64,000 nt of DNA, taken from positions 34,427 through 98,426 of the IMG/VR virus record IMGVR_UViG_3300042521_002634, one strand, 5' to 3'. The DNA comes from a virus. Below are positions 27,561-35,703 of this stretch, in pieces; position 1 is the first letter of the stretch, and each line of letters starts with the position of its first letter. The notes below the pieces were generated by a model that saw nothing but the letters and a program-made list of their open reading frames with translations, was not told the origin of the DNA and ran no database searches. The position numbers and the translations under genes were made by a program.

Positions 27561-27775
27561 GATTGTGCGGCGTCAGGGAACACCAACGGCAGCGCTAACT
27601 GCGCCGTCGGTTTCATCTTGCCGCCTGACAACTGCAGCGCGATACTTCCACGCTCGCCTTCAGGCGCGTTGTCGACGTCTTCCCACTCGTCCTCGGTCCA
27701 GTCTGATGTGTCGACGACGACTAATTGACGAGCATTGCCGTAGTTTCCATCGGCAGCGAAATAGTGAATTGTCAT
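27557..27775 (-). CDS. Cassette hypothetical protein
   Basis: YFAADGNYG...DTSDWTEDEW; promoter 27805. Confidence 0.7.
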   Translation of the reverse strand: MTIHYFAADGNYGNARQLVVVDTSDWTEDEWEDVDNAPEGERGSIALQLSGGKMKPTAQLALPLVFPDAAQS

Positions 27776-27888
27776 TAGGTTATCCTTTCGTTGTTGTTAC
27801 GTACATTATATAAACTCTGGAAGAATGAACCAACCCGGGAGGAACACTAAAGGACAAGTAAAGTGTGTCCACCCCGGGCCGGCGATCT

Positions 27889-29682
27889 TTAGCGTTGAAC
27901 TGACTCCAGCGCTCTTGCTGCTGCAGATCCTATCTGCGTCGCTACGTCTGCGGCACTTGTAATCTTCTCGACGAGCTGCACTGACTTGGTGCTCGAGCTA
28001 TTGAGAAGTCGACGAGCGTCGTCACTCGCTAACGGAGACACAACCATGACTCCGACACCAAGTCTTTCGCACTCATCTAACCAGCGTCGTGCGTTCTTCG
28101 TCTCTTCGTGAGTGTAACACAGATCGCTAACGATGACGAGCAATCGCGCGCCTACGCCATTGAGCAAGTTCAACGAACCATCAAGCGCTTTGAATGCTTT
28201 CTCAAAGCGTTCAGTTCCATCTGGCGCCGAGTACACTGTCACCTCTGACAAGTGCTGCCCGGGCTTCAATGTTGGGAACACCCCAGTGCCGTAGTAAACC
28301 ATCGCCGCACGGCCTTGAACTCTCCGCACCGCTTCGCTCATGACCCACGCTGTCACTGCCATCGGCTCCATCGCCGAGGACATTGAACCGCTGATGTCGA
28401 CCATTACGCCGACAGTGAGAGTTGGGTCGTCAGTGTGCGTGCGCTTAGTCCGGCGCCATGGCTCTACTTGCGTCATGATGCCCTTCGACTTAAACGCTGC
28501 TCCCTGCACCATAGCGCGCGTGCGCAACCGGCCAGGAGGAACGATCGACTTAATCTCAGTCTCGTCACGCTCACGATACTTAGCTTTCTCAAGCATCTGC
28601 GCTACCTTGACTGCTGCTGCTCGTTCATCACCACGTGGAGCGCGCTTTTCAACTAGACGACTGTTTGTCTCAGAAGAAGATTCTGGCCCAGTGCCTCTAC
28701 CGAATACTTTGTCCGCAGCGTCCTTGTGTTCTTTCTGCTGCTTCGCTGCACCGCTTCGACTTTTAACTTCACGCTCCCATTCTTCTTGCGTCTGTTGATC
28801 TGCTGCATCGGCTGAACCACCGACAGCTGCGTTGCCAGCTGCTTCCTCGAGTGCTTCCTCGAGTGCTTCCCCGAACTCGCCAAGCTCGCCTAGCCCTGAT
28901 TCACCTTGACCAGGCTCTGGCTCACCAGCTTCAGCTGCTGCCTCTTTAACTAATCTTGCCCACTCACGGGCGACAGGGTAGAGACCTTCAATTGAACTGT
29001 GTGAAGTGTAGTCCTGAGCTTGCAGCCATAGGTTGCGAAGCTTAGTGAAGAGCTCTACACCAAGCTTATTGATTAGAACTTCCTCTACAGTCTCGATGTC
29101 TGACAGCTCGAGTGAACCCGCATCTACGCGTGCTGACGTGAGTGCCGCCATGTGCGCTGCTGTCCACATGCTGCTGGTGTCTACACCGGTGACATTGAGG
29201 TCAGCCATCACTATCTCGAGCGCGCAAGCGCGGAGAAACCCGGAGTTACCTGGCATCAAGGTGACGCCTAAGTTCTCGATACGACCTTCTTCAAGAAGCA
29301 CGAGTGCTTTGAACTCAAGAGACTCGAGGTCCTTCTGCGCTTTAATGAGATCCCAGCGAGAGAACCGAGCGTGGAGAGCTTCATGGAATATGACACCAGA
29401 AGCTTTAGGCCAGTCGAACTGAACGCTGCGTTGCGTCATGTCGCCGATCGACGCCGGCGTTATTGACTTGCCAAACGCTCTCGTCACATCTACTTCGATC
29501 TCTGCAAGCATTGGGTTGTAGCACGCTGGTGCCACGCCGCCACCGGCGCCTGGGCCGACGTACGCGATAACATCTGCGCGTTCTGCCCAGATATTTGTAA
29601 TCTGGCCGATCTGCACGCCTACGCCTAACCACTCGGGTGGCGTAGCCTCAGCTCGAGAGCTATTAATCTTAAAATGTGTCAT
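27889..29682 (-). CDS. vWA-domain protein with N-terminal HExxH metallopeptidase-like domain (CobT-like MoxR partner)
   Basis: HEALH...LEEGRIE; MIDAS motif DISGSM, DGTE, VSD. Confidence 0.85.
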   Translation of the reverse strand: MTHFKINSSRAEATPPEWLGVGVQIGQITNIWAERADVIAYVGPGAGGGVAPACYNPMLAEIEVDVTRAFGKSITPASIGDMTQRSVQFDWPKASGVIFHEALHARFSRWDLIKAQKDLESLEFKALVLLEEGRIENLGVTLMPGNSGFLRACALEIVMADLNVTGVDTSSMWTAAHMAALTSARVDAGSLELSDIETVEEVLINKLGVELFTKLRNLWLQAQDYTSHSSIEGLYPVAREWARLVKEAAAEAGEPEPGQGESGLGELGEFGEALEEALEEAAGNAAVGGSADAADQQTQEEWEREVKSRSGAAKQQKEHKDAADKVFGRGTGPESSSETNSRLVEKRAPRGDERAAAVKVAQMLEKAKYRERDETEIKSIVPPGRLRTRAMVQGAAFKSKGIMTQVEPWRRTKRTHTDDPTLTVGVMVDISGSMSSAMEPMAVTAWVMSEAVRRVQGRAAMVYYGTGVFPTLKPGQHLSEVTVYSAPDGTERFEKAFKALDGSLNLLNGVGARLLVIVSDLCYTHEETKNARRWLDECERLGVGVMVVSPLASDDARRLLNSSSTKSVQLVEKITSAADVATQIGSAAARALESVQR

Positions 29683-29800
29683 TTGTCCTTGTCCTTTGTT
29701 GTCCTTGTACTATCAATTATATAAACTCTGGAAAGAGAGGTTAGCCTCCCGCACACCTACGGGAGACCAACCAACGAAGACTGAGCGCGAAAGGCAGCGC

Positions 29801-30793
29801 TTAGATCTTCGCCGGGCGACACTCTTCTCCGAATACTCGGGTGAAGACGTCAGCCACGACTGGGCGATCCATCTCGGGAGCGGCAGCTAGCAAGTTCGCG
29901 ATAGCGAATGATGTGCCGAACTCCTTTGCGAGATCGCGGAACGCTAGAAGCTCACGCATCTGAGGAGCCCATGAGACTTCAGACGACTGCTGCTTCTTAC
30001 TTAAATTTTGCGCCGCAGTGACGATTGGCACCGGAGCTCCTAACTTACGAGCGAGCGACCAATCAGTCGTCATCTCTGCTTGCACAAGGAATCGTGACAA
30101 GAGAGCTTCAGACAATCGCACGCCTGGAGCGTTCGGGTTAGTCGCTGCGATTACGTAGAAACCTGGAGCAGCTTTCACTGTCCCACGCTCTGGGTTAGCA
30201 GTCACAGTGTATTCACGACGGCCATCCATGAGACCGTAGACGATACTGAGCACCTTCGGGTCGATAAGACCTACCTCATCGATGAGCAGCACTCCGCCGC
30301 ACTCCGCTGCTTTAAGCAGTGGGCCGTCCTCCCAGACAAAGCCACCACTTGGTGTCTGCACATATCCGCCGACTAAGTCAGCAACTTCTGTGTCGCCTGA
30401 GCCGAGCACTGTGAACAAGCCACCGGACTCGCCAGTGAACGCAGCTTCAACAACAGCAGTCTTACCGCAACCTGGTGCGCCGTACAAAAGTACGTATGCT
30501 GACATGTCTCTCGACTTGCGAAGCACCATGACATCGTCATGCTCACCCCACTTGCGTGAGTAGTAGTTCTCGCCATTTGGTCGAGTGTAACTCTTCTCGC
30601 CTACAAGCGCGTCTGCAGATATCATTGGAACTTTCTTCTTCGGAGCGATAGTCTTAGCCTTGACGCGTCCTGCGTCGAGAACCATTGACTTCATCTTATC
30701 CGCGAACTCTGAGTGCAGAGTCTGCCCCGCTGCTGCAAGCAGCACTTTGTCTAGCCCCGGGTGGAGCTTGTCGTATTCTGTACTTGATAACAT
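29801..30793 (-). CDS. MoxR/CobS-like AAA+ ATPase
   Basis: GAPGCGKT, WEDGPL, LLIDE, ATNP, EALLSRF. Confidence 0.9.
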   Translation of the reverse strand: MLSSTEYDKLHPGLDKVLLAAAGQTLHSEFADKMKSMVLDAGRVKAKTIAPKKKVPMISADALVGEKSYTRPNGENYYSRKWGEHDDVMVLRKSRDMSAYVLLYGAPGCGKTAVVEAAFTGESGGLFTVLGSGDTEVADLVGGYVQTPSGGFVWEDGPLLKAAECGGVLLIDEVGLIDPKVLSIVYGLMDGRREYTVTANPERGTVKAAPGFYVIAATNPNAPGVRLSEALLSRFLVQAEMTTDWSLARKLGAPVPIVTAAQNLSKKQQSSEVSWAPQMRELLAFRDLAKEFGTSFAIANLLAAAPEMDRPVVADVFTRVFGEECRPAKI

Positions 30794-30865
30794 TTTGTGT
30801 CCTTTCGTTGTTTGTCGTTTGGTGTGTTACTTACTTATTCATTATTATTATAAAGACTCTGGAAG

Positions 30866-31312
30866 CTAACTCTGCTTCCAGTAATCTTCAAAACTAAGAA
30901 ACTTGCGAGCTTTGTTGACTCGGCCAAGAGCCTTGTACGCGAGCTTGCCTCTGGCCGCGTCATCGACATCCTTCTGCGTGAGCTCGACGACGATTGGCTC
31001 TTTGTACAGAGCCCAGCCTCGAGTTGAAAGCTGCTGCATTGTCGAGTCTGTCAACGACGTCAGCCAAGTCGATGCCTGAACTTCAGCACTGCCGGGTCCT
31101 GGCATAACAGGGCTTGGCGTCGGGCCTGTGTAGCATCGCCACTGTCTGCGTGCTACCGCTGGCGAGATCTGTCGACGGAATACTGTAAACGGCATCATAA
31201 GCGATGAAGACGACCTAAGCGGCGGAAACATCATCATTTGATACGACGTTTTGTCGTGCCTAAATTCTAAGTAGAGCATGTGCCCTACAACTTCTGTTGA
31301 ACTGTCATTCAT
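30866..31312 (-). CDS. Cassette hypothetical protein
   Basis: Promoter 31342 and RBS. Confidence 0.7.
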   Translation of the reverse strand: MNDSSTEVVGHMLYLEFRHDKTSYQMMMFPPLRSSSSLMMPFTVFRRQISPAVARRQWRCYTGPTPSPVMPGPGSAEVQASTWLTSLTDSTMQQLSTRGWALYKEPIVVELTQKDVDDAARGKLAYKALGRVNKARKFLSFEDYWKQS

Positions 31313-31428
31313 TATTTTGTCCTTTCGTTTGGTGTGAATACATTATATAAACTCTGGAAAGCTGCCGGCTGAGGAGGGTTTCAGCCGACAGCAGTTCTGT
31401 GCTCAACTTCCGACCGGGAGTTGATTCT

Positions 31429-31806
31429 CTAGACAGCGTGCTCGTGCGAGCACACTGATAGAAAGACTTCGAAACCGAAGTTCACAAGGTCATGCTCTCC
31501 AGCGATGTCCTGAGTGACGACAGTCTGGTCTGACCAGGTGACGAGATGCACGTCATCTGTATCAGGCTCACAGAAGTCCCGGCCGCCGGCTGTAATGCCG
31601 AAGCCAGTCTCTTCACTCCACGAGTCTCCCACAATTGAGGAGATTGCGATGCGAGTCGCGTATGCTGAATCGCTCCAGCGTGGACGAGCTTTCTCGATTG
31701 CCGTGGCAATCAAGCTCAGTCTGTCGCTGCCACCCCAGTGACTGTATAGCCACACGGGAGGAGTATCTTTAGTGTCGCGGAATCCCACGACGAATCTGTC
31801 ACCCAT
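31429..31806 (-). CDS. Conserved phage hypothetical protein
   Basis: MGDR...LYSHWGG...RW.DS.YATRI; promoter 31853. Confidence 0.75.
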   Translation of the reverse strand: MGDRFVVGFRDTKDTPPVWLYSHWGGSDRLSLIATAIEKARPRWSDSAYATRIAISSIVGDSWSEETGFGITAGGRDFCEPDTDDVHLVTWSDQTVVTQDIAGEHDLVNFGFEVFLSVCSHEHAV

Positions 31807-31974
31807 TGCTTTGTCCTTTCGTCATTGCCAAGCGTTATTGCTTGACGAATACATTATAACAACTCTGGAATTACAGGCCTAGGCTGTCTTACCGCGTCCT
31901 CACGCATTGGCAAGACAGTCTAGGCCAGACCGAACGTCAGCCTGCATTACTATGCACGGCATCAGTCTGGGCTC

Positions 31975-32307
31975 TTACTTGGCGTCGAGGACCGTGTAAG
32001 ACGACTGAACTAGCGTAGCGTCGTGCGCTTCAGGGAACGCAGTCTTGAGCGCTTCACGATCAATCTTGCTCATGTTGCGATGTTGAATTCGCACACGAAC
32101 AGTTCCATTGATTGTGCCACTCTTCGCGTCACCAAGCATTGCACGAAGCTTTTGCTCCGCTTCTGCTTTCTTCGCTTCAAACGCCTTGATTGCTGCTTTC
32201 GCAGAGTTGAACTCTGCAATCGCAATCTCAGTTGCAAGTTCATCGAGAATTGCAACCTGCTCTGCTACTTCGACTGTTGAGGTCGTGATTACTGTTGATG
32301 TTGTCAT
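31975..32307 (-). CDS. Phage protein resembling the C-terminal part of YqaJ-like/Gp157 proteins
   Basis: Coiled coil followed by IDREALK.AFPE; start reset after RBS. Confidence 0.6.
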   Translation of the reverse strand: MTTSTVITTSTVEVAEQVAILDELATEIAIAEFNSAKAAIKAFEAKKAEAEQKLRAMLGDAKSGTINGTVRVRIQHRNMSKIDREALKTAFPEAHDATLVQSSYTVLDAK

Positions 32308-32406
32308 TATTGTCCTTTCGTTGTGTGTATAGTCATTATATAAACTCTGGAAACGAGAATCAAAGACGCTCGTTCCCAGAGTTGAATTCATTGTATATCA
32401 GGGGTG

Positions 32407-32820
32407 TTACAGGGTTGCTGACGCCAGCACTCTTGCTGGCTTCGAGTCATCAACATGACTTGCGCCATGGAGCTTGACCCAAGCGTCCCAGTAGCACGTT
32501 GACGAGCCATCGTCGAACGTCACCTGCTGACTCTTCAGGATGAAACCTGGAGAGCAGTTGCATGTGCAACCGGCGTGCTGCGACCAGCTCAATTTGCTGA
32601 TGTCAAGCACTCCTGCAAGTCCGCTCGAGTGAATCATCGACTTGTAGACATTGTACGGGCGACGCTTGCGATTCGCAAGGTTGCTCATAAGTGTCTCATC
32701 TTCGATGCTTACGTACATCCGAGGAGCTGCTGTCAGCTCTCGGCTGCTTGTGTATCTACGTTCAGTGAACGTAATTGACCCTCCAGTGAATTCCACTGTA
32801 CGTCGTCGTTGCGTATTCAT
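32407..32820 (-). CDS. Cassette hypothetical protein
   Basis: WSQHAGCTCNCSPGFI; promoter 32850. Confidence 0.75.
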   Translation of the reverse strand: MNTQRRRTVEFTGGSITFTERRYTSSRELTAAPRMYVSIEDETLMSNLANRKRRPYNVYKSMIHSSGLAGVLDISKLSWSQHAGCTCNCSPGFILKSQQVTFDDGSSTCYWDAWVKLHGASHVDDSKPARVLASATL

Positions 32821-32966
32821 TGTCTTGTCCTTTCGTTTGGTGTAAATACATTATATAAACTCCGGAAAGTTCGGAAGGCCGCTCAAGACGCCACATTCGT
32901 TGAACTCAGTTCTGCCTGTTTAACGGAGTGTCAGCTCCGCACCTTCCTGGCTATCAGCCAATTCTT

Positions 32967-33161
32967 CTAAACGTTGTTGATTGGCTCAAACCCAAGGTCT
33001 AGCGCGGCGCGGCGCGCTTCCTTAGCAGTCTTGAACCCACTGAACGTCGGGCCGACCACCTCGGTGTTGTGGCCGTCGTACGTGCGGTGTATGCCAAAGT
33101 ACCGACCATTCGGCCCTTTGTATACGACCATCGGCCGTAGAGGCTTAGCTTTCGTTTTCAT
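32967..33161 (-). CDS. Small cassette protein
   Basis: Promoter 33195 and RBS. Confidence 0.7.
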   Translation of the reverse strand: MKTKAKPLRPMVVYKGPNGRYFGIHRTYDGHNTEVVGPTFSGFKTAKEARRAALDLGFEPINNV

Positions 33162-33211
33162 TCTTTGCGTCCTTTCGTTGAAGTTGATAGTGATATTGTA
33201 ACAACTCTGGA

Positions 33212-33466
33212 TTAGCTCTCGCCAAGTGGATCGATTACTCGGCGAAGAGCTGTGTCAATATGAGCGTCTGCATAGCTCTTCTCAAAGCGGAAGCCATCAT
33301 CGCAAGCTCGGTGATACACGAACCAGCGATAGAAGACCTCGATGTCTTTTACAACTGGTATGCGTCCGGCTGCGAACTCTGTTCTAAACCGATCACGCAG
33401 CACCGGCGTGTCTATTCCGCTAACTACGTGCTCCAGCTCTGCAAGTTCGACTGATGATACTTTCAT
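33212..33466 (-). CDS. Small cassette protein
   Basis: DAHIDTALRRV; promoter 33494 and RBS. Confidence 0.7.
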   Translation of the reverse strand: MKVSSVELAELEHVVSGIDTPVLRDRFRTEFAAGRIPVVKDIEVFYRWFVYHRACDDGFRFEKSYADAHIDTALRRVIDPLGES

Positions 33467-33513
33467 TGTTGTCCTTTCGTTTGGTGTAGAGTCATTATAT
33501 AAACTCTGGAAAC

Positions 33514-33744
33514 CTAAGAATGAGGACTCATGACTGGGAATGCGCACTCAACACAAACAACCCATGATACTTCTAATTGATCGCATACTACAACAGCTGG
33601 AAAGAATTCGTCGTCTGTCGGGCCAACAACCATTCCGCAGTTGCAGCACTCGCTTGACTCGTAAAAAAAGTCGTAAGCGCCGACTTCAGCTGCGATCATT
33701 GCCTCAATTGGTGTCTCGACTAAGAGAAGGTTATAGCCCAACAC
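33514..33744 (-). CDS. Small zinc-binding protein (start uncertain)
   Basis: CCNCG...CVEC. Confidence 0.5.
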   Translation of the reverse strand: MLGYNLLLVETPIEAMIAAEVGAYDFFYESSECCNCGMVVGPTDDEFFPAVVVCDQLEVSWVVCVECAFPVMSPHS

Positions 33745-33791
33745 GATACAACTGGCTCACGTTCATGAGCCAACTGTATCAAATCAGAAGC

Positions 33792-34334
33792 CTAAGCTAG
33801 GCGTTTAATTTTTGCCAGACGGTCTTCAAGTTCGGCTACCCGGGCCTGAAGTTTCGCTGTTCGCTCGCTCACAAGAAGATCGATGAGCTGATCTGCAGTG
33901 TGCTTTTTGGCAGCGGTCTTGCCTTTTCGAGTGCTAGCAGGCCGACGTCCAGTTTTAAGGACGACGCCCGGTACAGCTTCAGCGACGGTGCGTGGAGGCA
34001 CAACGTTGCCTTTAGCCCAGTACAGCGACGCTTGATAGCCTTTAGGCGCTTTCATTGATGAGCGAATGAGACGTTCATCCATGGTCTCGGTACGCTTGCT
34101 TACCAGGCCGGCGGCTTCCAAACGAATCAACGCGTTTCTCACTGACACCGGATCGGCTTTTCGTCCGGTCATCTGGCTAATTGCTTGCTGAAGCTCAAGA
34201 ACGCTGAGTGGTTGAGTAGATTCAAGCAACGTAAGTTGAACGTTGTCTTTCAGTGTTTGGAACATCATTATTTTTTCTTCTATTACTTGATTGTACTTGC
34301 GCATCGTTTTCTCCTGTGTCTGTTGTATGTTCAT
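33792..34334 (-). CDS. Winged-HTH DNA-binding protein with coiled-coil tail (start may be 34304)
   Basis: PLSVLEL...SVRNALIRLEAAGLV; promoter 34345. Confidence 0.65.
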   Translation of the reverse strand: MNIQQTQEKTMRKYNQVIEEKIMMFQTLKDNVQLTLLESTQPLSVLELQQAISQMTGRKADPVSVRNALIRLEAAGLVSKRTETMDERLIRSSMKAPKGYQASLYWAKGNVVPPRTVAEAVPGVVLKTGRRPASTRKGKTAAKKHTADQLIDLLVSERTAKLQARVAELEDRLAKIKRLA

Positions 34335-34340
34335 TAATAA

Positions 34341-34748
34341 TTATATATTATCATCTCTGGAAACCCAGTTGCCTTCGGTATCGCCAAAGAGTAGCTGATC
34401 GTCTCCAGTTCTAGTCCAAGAAAACTCGCAGCACGAGTGTTCGTCTTCGTCTTCAAAAAGAGTGTGATACGGGGCACCGGCTCGAAAAATGTTTGGAAGA
34501 GCGCGAGCAACCTTTAGAAAGCAGTCGTGACAGAGCACTGTCATTTCTCGTTCTGGTTCTTCAAACATAAAATCGACGAACATGCCATAGCCGCCAAGTA
34601 AGTCAAGGACCATGCCATTTATAACTTGCGGATACTCTTCACGAGGCTCGTAGTCGATATCTACGTCTTCCACGTATTTTGGATTTTGAACGTGAGTATC
34701 CTGATTACACTCGTCGCAACGAGTCTTTGGGTAGCTGTCTCTTATCAT
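34341..34748 (-). CDS. Cys-rich cassette protein, probably leaderless
   Basis: CDEC, GGYGMFVD, LCHDC; promoter 34756. Confidence 0.7.
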   Translation of the reverse strand: MIRDSYPKTRCDECNQDTHVQNPKYVEDVDIDYEPREEYPQVINGMVLDLLGGYGMFVDFMFEEPEREMTVLCHDCFLKVARALPNIFRAGAPYHTLFEDEDEHSCCEFSWTRTGDDQLLFGDTEGNWVSRDDNI

Positions 34749-34772
34749 TACCAGAATTATATAAACTCTGGA

Positions 34773-35552
34773 TTATTCAATGGTGATCTGAAAAAGTCCA
34801 GTCTCTCGTCCAAGTCGCTCGAGTGAATTAAGCTCGGGTCCAGCTTCAGAGTCGTCTCCAACAAATCCAATTGAGCGCATCCAACGAGCTAAAGCTCTCT
34901 TCGTCTTCTCGTCGAAGATTCCTGGAATGTATCCTTCAAGGTTACACTTCAAGGCCAACGCTCGTTGCAAAGCCTCAGTGTCTAGGTTAGGCTTACTGCT
35001 TGGCCGAATCGCGCGAATTGATATTTTGGCAGCGGTCTCGGGTAATTCGCCTATGGCAGGCCGATGTTTGAACTCAGGCCTGACGAACGCGAGAACGTCG
35101 TTTCTTTCGCGGGCCCTAATAAACACACCGTCTCGGTCCTTTGACGCCTTAGGCAGGCCTGAATTTATTTGAGCCTCGATCGCCGTGAATATTCCCGCTG
35201 ACCGATACCGATGAGTCTCGAGTACGATCCCAACGTGCGGCATTCCAAAAATGGCAGCGGTCGGCCATGCGTAGAAAACAATGTCCCCGGGCCGGGGTCT
35301 CTCTGTCAACCGTCTAGCTCTTATAAACTCGCTCAGGCCGGCAGCGGTCTGCACACAGGAAGGCATAGCCAGGCCGGCGTCTCGAGCGACACAGTCGATG
35401 AACGCTCCTGACCACGGCAAAGCATGGCCGGCGTAGCCGACCCGTTGCGCGAATGGACTTAAGACTCCGGTGCGAACTCGAGTGCCAAGATGAGATTGTG
35501 CCTCGAGAAGAAATGTGTCCCGTAGGTTACTACGAAGCGATTTGCGCGCCAT
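34773..35552 (-). CDS. CHAP-like amidase fold plus peptidoglycan-binding domain (catalytic Cys replaced by Ser)
   Basis: PWSGAF, PRPGDIVFY, HVGIV, IEAQ; LQRAL...GIFDEKTKRAL. Confidence 0.7.
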   Translation of the reverse strand: MARKSLRSNLRDTFLLEAQSHLGTRVRTGVLSPFAQRVGYAGHALPWSGAFIDCVARDAGLAMPSCVQTAAGLSEFIRARRLTERPRPGDIVFYAWPTAAIFGMPHVGIVLETHRYRSAGIFTAIEAQINSGLPKASKDRDGVFIRARERNDVLAFVRPEFKHRPAIGELPETAAKISIRAIRPSSKPNLDTEALQRALALKCNLEGYIPGIFDEKTKRALARWMRSIGFVGDDSEAGPELNSLERLGRETGLFQITIE

Positions 35553-35703
35553 AGAGCTCGATGATTCCGTCAAGAAGATGAATCGCTTCGTTCAGCCGCG
35601 TGGTCATCCGAATGTGTTCCTCTCGAGTCTTTGATTTCTCGATGTCGGCTTCCAGCTGGGTGATGTGCTCTTGAGCGTGCGAGGTCAGTATCTCCAGTGT
35701 CAT
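35530..35703 (-). CDS. Small helical protein (57 aa)
   Basis: MTLEILTSHAQEHITQLEAD...; ATGA overlap with the 35700 stop; not in track. Confidence 0.55.
   Translation of the reverse strand: MTLEILTSHAQEHITQLEADIEKSKTREEHIRMTTRLNEAIHLLDGIIELYGAQIAS

Larger units (their letters stand above)
12506..34772. promoter_or_regulatory. Family of 30 phage promoter-like elements TCCRRAG-N4-TANNNT (consensus TTCCAGAGTTTATATAATG)
   Basis: + strand at 12506, 19672, 20033; - strand (left coordinate) at 16818, 17261, 17723, 19052, 19399, 19615, 21478 (N5), 23221, 24375, 25438, 25718, 26077, 26522, 26860, 27038, 27240, 27805, 29716, 30847, 31342, 31853, 32335, 32850, 33195, 33494, 34345, 34756; each lies just upstream of a co-oriented ORF. 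Confidence 0.9.

Noticed and set aside
16818-34772. Recurrent TCCAGAG/CTCGAG repeats as a CRISPR array
   Set aside because: Intervals run from ~180 bp to kilobases and contain whole ORFs; repeats end in a -10 box; no cas genes
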